This document shows positions 59,975 to 64,000 of a stretch of DNA of 64,000 nucleotides, one piece after another (the stretch's first letter is position 1; each line of letters opens with the position of its first letter). Source of the DNA: Deltaproteobacteria bacterium (GTDB lineage: Bacteria > Desulfobacterota > Desulfobacteria > Desulfobacterales > Desulfosarcinaceae); contig PDTK01000031.1 of assembly GCA_002747175.1 (NCBI GenBank), positions 30,304-94,303 on the forward strand, given 5' to 3'. The notes below the pieces were generated by a model that saw nothing but the letters and a program-made list of their open reading frames with translations, did no database searches and had not been told where the DNA came from. A program made the translations under genes and the position numbers.

Positions 59975-61549
59975 TTAACCCATATTAAAGTGCCGCAGCA
60001 ATTTCAACCAGGCCAGTTCGAGATCCATGACAGCAAAGTGAACCACGACAATGCAACACACGATCAACACCAGGGCCAATCCGGCCCCCAGCAGCCGCTT
60101 CTTGCGTATCCGGGACCGGTCGGCGTTCGTCAGAATCAGGGGCACGCCCACCAGCACCGGAAATTTGGTGGATCGGCTGAGTTCGTCAGGGCTGTAGACC
60201 CGGTCGTCGGAAAACTCCACCAAGGCGGCCGTGGCCACGCCAACCCCCACGCCCAGTACAATACCGATCAGGATAATCGCCAACCGATTCGGTTTATAAG
60301 GCTCTTCGGGCAAACGCGGTGCTTCGATCAGCGTAAACCGCTCACCTTTTTGCTCGGTCTCCAGGCCATGGGCCACCTGAGCCTCCATGAGCTTGTTCAC
60401 CATGTCGTTGTATTTGGCCTGGGTACTCTGGCGTGAGATGAGCAATCGGTTGTATGCCTCTTCAACGCCGGGCGTAGCCGCAATGCTACGCTGGTACTCG
60501 TCGGCATCGGTTTCCAGAATCCCGATCTGCTGATCAATGGAGGCAATATCCGCACGAACACTGGCCAATTGCGCTTTGAGTGAGATATAAGCCGGGTTGT
60601 CAGGCTCTCCCTGCTTGTTCTTTTTCAGTTCGGACAGACGCGATTCCAGCTCGGCAATCTCGGCCTTGGTTTTGCGGACATCGGGATATTCGGCCGTGAA
60701 GCGTTTGGTCAGCGCCACGAGTTGGACCCTGAGTTCCTCCAGACGCCGCCGGCTGACCATCTCCTCTTCATCTTCGATATACGGCTCTACACTGATCAAT
60801 TGCGTATCCAGATAGCTTTCGCGCTCCTTGAGGCTGCGGAGCTGCTGTCGTGCCGTCTCGATGTTACGCTCGATGTTGTTGTAACTTTGCATATTCACTT
60901 GCAGCATTTCGGGAAGCTGCTTCATATGCGCTTTCTTGAAAGTGGCAATCTCGGCCTCGGTGTTGGATAGATCCTTTTTGATGCGATCAATTTCAGCCTC
61001 GAGGAATTCGGATGTCTCTTCAACCTGCTGGACGCGCTCTTCGAGATTCTTTTCCAGATAAAGCGAGGTGAGCACATTGGCCACCCGCTGGACCTTGTAG
61101 GGATCCTTGCCCTCGTAGCTCAGGGTAAAGGCGATGGTGGCCGTGGTAGGACGTCCGGTGCGGCGGTCGACGACCTCCGTGCTGACCGGCGCCAACTCCG
61201 TGTCCTTGCGCATCTTCTCCACAATCTCCTCAGTCGTCATCTTATCCTTGAGTTCAGGATACAAATCATAATCCTGGATGATCTTGAGCAGCGGGGTGAA
61301 GCTCATGATCTGCTGCTGAATGGTCTGGATACGTTGTTCGACATAGCTGGTCACCGTGGATGTTACGAAATCGGCTGGGACCTCCTGCGCCTCAATCAGA
61401 ATAGTGGCTTGGGATCGATACACTGCCGGCAGGGCAAAAGCCACGACCACGGCGATCAATACGATGCCGATCATCGGCAACAGCAGGCCCCATTTGCGTC
61501 GCTTGACGATTCGAAGATAGTCTCCCGGGGTCATCATCTCTTGCTGCAT
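59975..61549 (-). CDS. Polysaccharide co-polymerase (Wzz/GumC, Wzc N-terminal part)
   Basis: N- and C-terminal TM segments, long coiled coil, YPDV, PEEPYKPNR. Confidence 0.9.
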   Translation of the reverse strand: MQQEMMTPGDYLRIVKRRKWGLLLPMIGIVLIAVVVAFALPAVYRSQATILIEAQEVPADFVTSTVTSYVEQRIQTIQQQIMSFTPLLKIIQDYDLYPELKDKMTTEEIVEKMRKDTELAPVSTEVVDRRTGRPTTATIAFTLSYEGKDPYKVQRVANVLTSLYLEKNLEERVQQVEETSEFLEAEIDRIKKDLSNTEAEIATFKKAHMKQLPEMLQVNMQSYNNIERNIETARQQLRSLKERESYLDTQLISVEPYIEDEEEMVSRRRLEELRVQLVALTKRFTAEYPDVRKTKAEIAELESRLSELKKNKQGEPDNPAYISLKAQLASVRADIASIDQQIGILETDADEYQRSIAATPGVEEAYNRLLISRQSTQAKYNDMVNKLMEAQVAHGLETEQKGERFTLIEAPRLPEEPYKPNRLAIILIGIVLGVGVGVATAALVEFSDDRVYSPDELSRSTKFPVLVGVPLILTNADRSRIRKKRLLGAGLALVLIVCCIVVVHFAVMDLELAWLKLLRHFNMG

Positions 61550-61664
61550 AGAATCTCCTCAGGCCCTGTTGGGCGGAAAATGGTGAAGCGTACTCATTGC
61601 TCAGACAAATGGTTTATTGGGCTTATCGGGTTCGGTTACATTGTTTTTGATCGTTTGGATGGAT

Positions 61665-62891
61665 TCAATCCCACAGCGGATACCCAAACGCCAATTGCAG
61701 GGACACCACTTGCCGTTCGGTCCGGGTATCGCCCTTATTATCGGTCAGGTGACGGTAGGTATAGGCCGCTTCCAGGGTGAAATGGTCCAAAAATTCCCAA
61801 CGGACACGTGGCCGTATGTTAAAGTTTTCCTCGTCAATGGACTGCGCATAGAACTCATCGGCATCGGCGGAATTGATGAAATAACTGCTGTACAACCCGA
61901 CGGTCAGACGCCGGTGCAGCTTATGGTTCATATTGAAAACAGCCCGGGTCAGGTTCGATGGCCCACGGGTGCCGCTGGCCGGCCGCAGGTCGTGGGACAG
62001 GCTGAGTCTGCAGCGGGTGCGTTCGCCCAAATAGTCCAGGCCAAGGCTGCCCACGCCCCCCCAACCGTCCGTCTTTTCCTCCTTTTGCTGTAAGACCAAC
62101 ACGCCGGGTGGGACCAGAACCGGTGTCAGCGCCTCATACTGGGTTTCGGTATAACGGACGCCACCGACCACCTGTATTTGAAAAATTTCGTTGAGCATAC
62201 TTGTCAATCCCACCGACCCATACCCGCTTTTGATGTCGGCGGCATCGTAATCGTACTGGTTGTAGCCAACTGATATGCCCAGGCTGCTTTCCCGCAGCCA
62301 TCGATCAATGGCGTATGTAGTGCCCAGCGTTACACTGTGGCCCTGATAGTCGATATGGCCTGAATCGTCATCGTGCCAATCATTCTCACCGTATGCGTAT
62401 GATACCGACACCCGGTGAATCTCGGACAGGGCGTAGCCCATACCAACGTTGCCGTTTATGCTGAAGCGCTTTTCACTGTCGGCCACCAGTCCTGTTTCCT
62501 CGATATCCCGATCTGGCCGGTTGTCCACCCTAAATCCAGCGTCTGCATTGAGGCTCAGCCGTTGGGTGGCCTGGTAGCCGATCCTTCCTTGGTAATCTTG
62601 ATCCACGTCGCCCAAATCATCATGATCGGCGTAAAAAAACGGCGAGGCTTCAGCCTTGAGCATCCAATCCAAAATTTCGGTCCGGTCGCTCATCTTCAGG
62701 CCGGCGGTTACCGTGGTGATAGTATCGTCCTCGGCATCGTTCACACTGAAAAAGACGTTGTCGTTGTACTCACCGCGTACCGCGATTGACGGTGTCACGT
62801 TGAACTCATCACTGCATGCCGGTGCAGGAGGCATCCACATCATCGCGACAATGATCAGCCATCGGGTCACCTGCAACCTGGAGATTGTCAT
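61665..62891 (-). CDS. Outer-membrane beta-barrel protein of EPS locus
   Basis: Signal peptide, EYNDNVF motif, alternating beta strands, aromatic C-terminal region. Confidence 0.75.
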   Translation of the reverse strand: MTISRLQVTRWLIIVAMMWMPPAPACSDEFNVTPSIAVRGEYNDNVFFSVNDAEDDTITTVTAGLKMSDRTEILDWMLKAEASPFFYADHDDLGDVDQDYQGRIGYQATQRLSLNADAGFRVDNRPDRDIEETGLVADSEKRFSINGNVGMGYALSEIHRVSVSYAYGENDWHDDDSGHIDYQGHSVTLGTTYAIDRWLRESSLGISVGYNQYDYDAADIKSGYGSVGLTSMLNEIFQIQVVGGVRYTETQYEALTPVLVPPGVLVLQQKEEKTDGWGGVGSLGLDYLGERTRCRLSLSHDLRPASGTRGPSNLTRAVFNMNHKLHRRLTVGLYSSYFINSADADEFYAQSIDEENFNIRPRVRWEFLDHFTLEAAYTYRHLTDNKGDTRTERQVVSLQLAFGYPLWD

Positions 62892-62925
62892 GTTGTCACC
62901 TTGGTCGTTTGGAGCGTTTGAATGT

Positions 62926-63019
62926 TGATAGTCTCGTAAAAAGTCAAAAATTTTTCTTATTAATTTCAATAAATCACGAATGTCAAAACCGCTAAAAACG
63001 CCTTTTTACGAAACCATCG
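62926..63019. mobile_element. MITE family C, copy 2, 4-bp TSD ATGT
   Basis: TIRs TGATAGTCTCGTAAAAAG / CTTTTTACGAAACCATCG, flanked by ATGT on both sides; interior resembles copy 1. Confidence 0.78.
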
Positions 63020-63039
63020 ATGTTAGATCGCAGGGTATT

Positions 63040-63131
63040 ATCGCCCCCATAAATCGGGTGGTTTGATGAAGCCCCTTCGAAGGGGGCTAGAAGCCAACCA
63101 GTGAACGTCGAACGTCCAACTTCGAATTTTG
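63040..63131. repeat. Repeat family B, copy 3
   Basis: CGGGTGGTTTGATGAAGCCCC..GAAGGGGGC, CAGTGAACGTCGAACGTCCAACTTCG. Confidence 0.78.
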
Positions 63132-63222
63132 TCGATTTTAATCCTTTGAAACACTGCTTTACAGGTAGCAACAAATCTATGAAACAAAGGGACCAGGCGC
63201 TAATGGCTAACGGCTTGTTTTG

Positions 63223-63322
63223 GTGCCTTACACCCTATTTTTCTGTCAAAAAAACAGGAAAATAGGATGAGGTACATGGGTTGCGGGTTTCCCGCCTTAG
63301 TCCTCAGCACTCAATACTCAGC
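63223..63322. repeat. Repeat family A, copy 2
   Basis: Matches 20006-20100; internal hairpin CCTATTTTTCTGT/ACAGGAAAATAGG. Confidence 0.8.
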
Positions 63323-63440
63323 CCTTTTACCACATTCGACGTTGGACGTTCTCAGGATTTCTGCAGGTTATATGTCTCGCCGAAATGGTCCGAACCTTTT
63401 CGGGTCGCTCGGGTATAGCCCGAGGTTTAATTAATTGCAA

Positions 63441-63998
63441 TTAGGGCACCACAATCACATCTCCGCGTTGGAGACGGACGTTCTGTTCCCGGCGTTCGCC
63501 CTTGGAGACCTTTTCATAATCAAACGGCAGGTAGCTCTCTTCGTCGCCCGCCTCTCTGAAAATCTTGATTTTATCCGCCTTGGCAAAAGGGGTCAGGCCG
63601 CCGGCAGTTGCCAGGGCCTGCATCACGTTCAGGGGCGCACTCATGGCGAAACGTCCCGGGTGGTTGACCCGGCCGATGACGTATATCACCTGGCTGTTGA
63701 CCTGGGCGATAATAATACTCAGGTCTACATCCGGAACGAACCGGCTCAGGCGGGTTCCCATCTCTTTGCTCAACTGGTTCACGGTCTTGTCTGCCGCCCG
63801 CATCTGCTCGATCAGCGGAAACGATATGGTGCCGTCCGGCAAAACAGTCACCTTGCGGGTCAGATCGGGATTTTTCCATACCGATATATCCAGCACGTCA
63901 CCCGGTCCGATCCGGTAGCCGGCTTCGGCGCCGTCAGCATGGGCTGCCGGGACAGTGGTGATGACGAGTGTGGTGATAACCCATAGCAGTGGCAGCAT
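63441..63998 (-). CDS. Polysaccharide export protein (Wza/Poly_export with SLBB domain); start may lie outside window
   Basis: YRIGPGDVLDISVW, VLPDGTISFPL, GRVNHPG, AGG, GDVIVVP. Confidence 0.9.
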   Translation of the reverse strand: MLPLLWVITTLVITTVPAAHADGAEAGYRIGPGDVLDISVWKNPDLTRKVTVLPDGTISFPLIEQMRAADKTVNQLSKEMGTRLSRFVPDVDLSIIIAQVNSQVIYVIGRVNHPGRFAMSAPLNVMQALATAGGLTPFAKADKIKIFREAGDEESYLPFDYEKVSKGERREQNVRLQRGDVIVVP

Positions 63999-64000
63999 TT

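Noticed and set aside
62892-62969. N-terminal extension of the barrel ORF
   Set aside because: Starts inside MITE C; the signal peptide fits a start at 62891
62992-63174. 60-aa ORF
   Set aside because: Composed of repeat families B and C
1-64000. CRISPR array, prophage, intact transposase, rRNA, selenocysteine recoding
   Set aside because: No regularly spaced repeats, phage or transposase ORFs, rRNA sequence, or in-frame TGA-interrupted genes were seen

Overview
A mostly housekeeping, GC-rich 64 kb bacterial chromosome segment. Gene content and order point to a sulfate-reducing Desulfobacterota, probably Desulfosarcina/Desulfobacterales-like (inference from the long Fhs, split atp operon, SRB-type Adk and second DnaA). 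In order it carries: a truncated dynamin/Era-like GTPase with htpX; fhs; rpsF-rpsR-DUF2232-rplI-dnaB-hflX-suhB; a divergent stand-alone DnaA paralogue; uvrA; Fo genes atpZIBE; pyrK, pgeF, comF, icd; rlmB-gmk-remA-yicC; an LPS core/lipid A cluster; purQ/purSL; the rpsB-tsf-pyrH-frr-uppS-cdsA-dxr-rseP operon; rho-rpmE-prfA-prmC; a CCA/HD nucleotidyltransferase, adk, rpsU, folC and tRNA-Arg(CCG). After the tRNA lies an AT-richer surface/EPS block: a PEP-CTERM-type protein, a cohesin-like/dockerin protein, an ExeA-type ATPase, split Wzc, an outer-membrane barrel and Wza. The best candidates for undescribed biology are (1) a possible exosortase-anchored, non-cellulosomal cohesin-dockerin surface assembly tied to the EPS locus, (2) the DnaA paralogue with an altered recognition helix and an origin-like upstream region, (3) a DHS-fold-like unknown gene heading the ADP-heptose genes, and (4) several families of miniature mobile/repeat elements, two with clear 4-bp target duplications. 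All calls come from reading the sequence; no searches were run.
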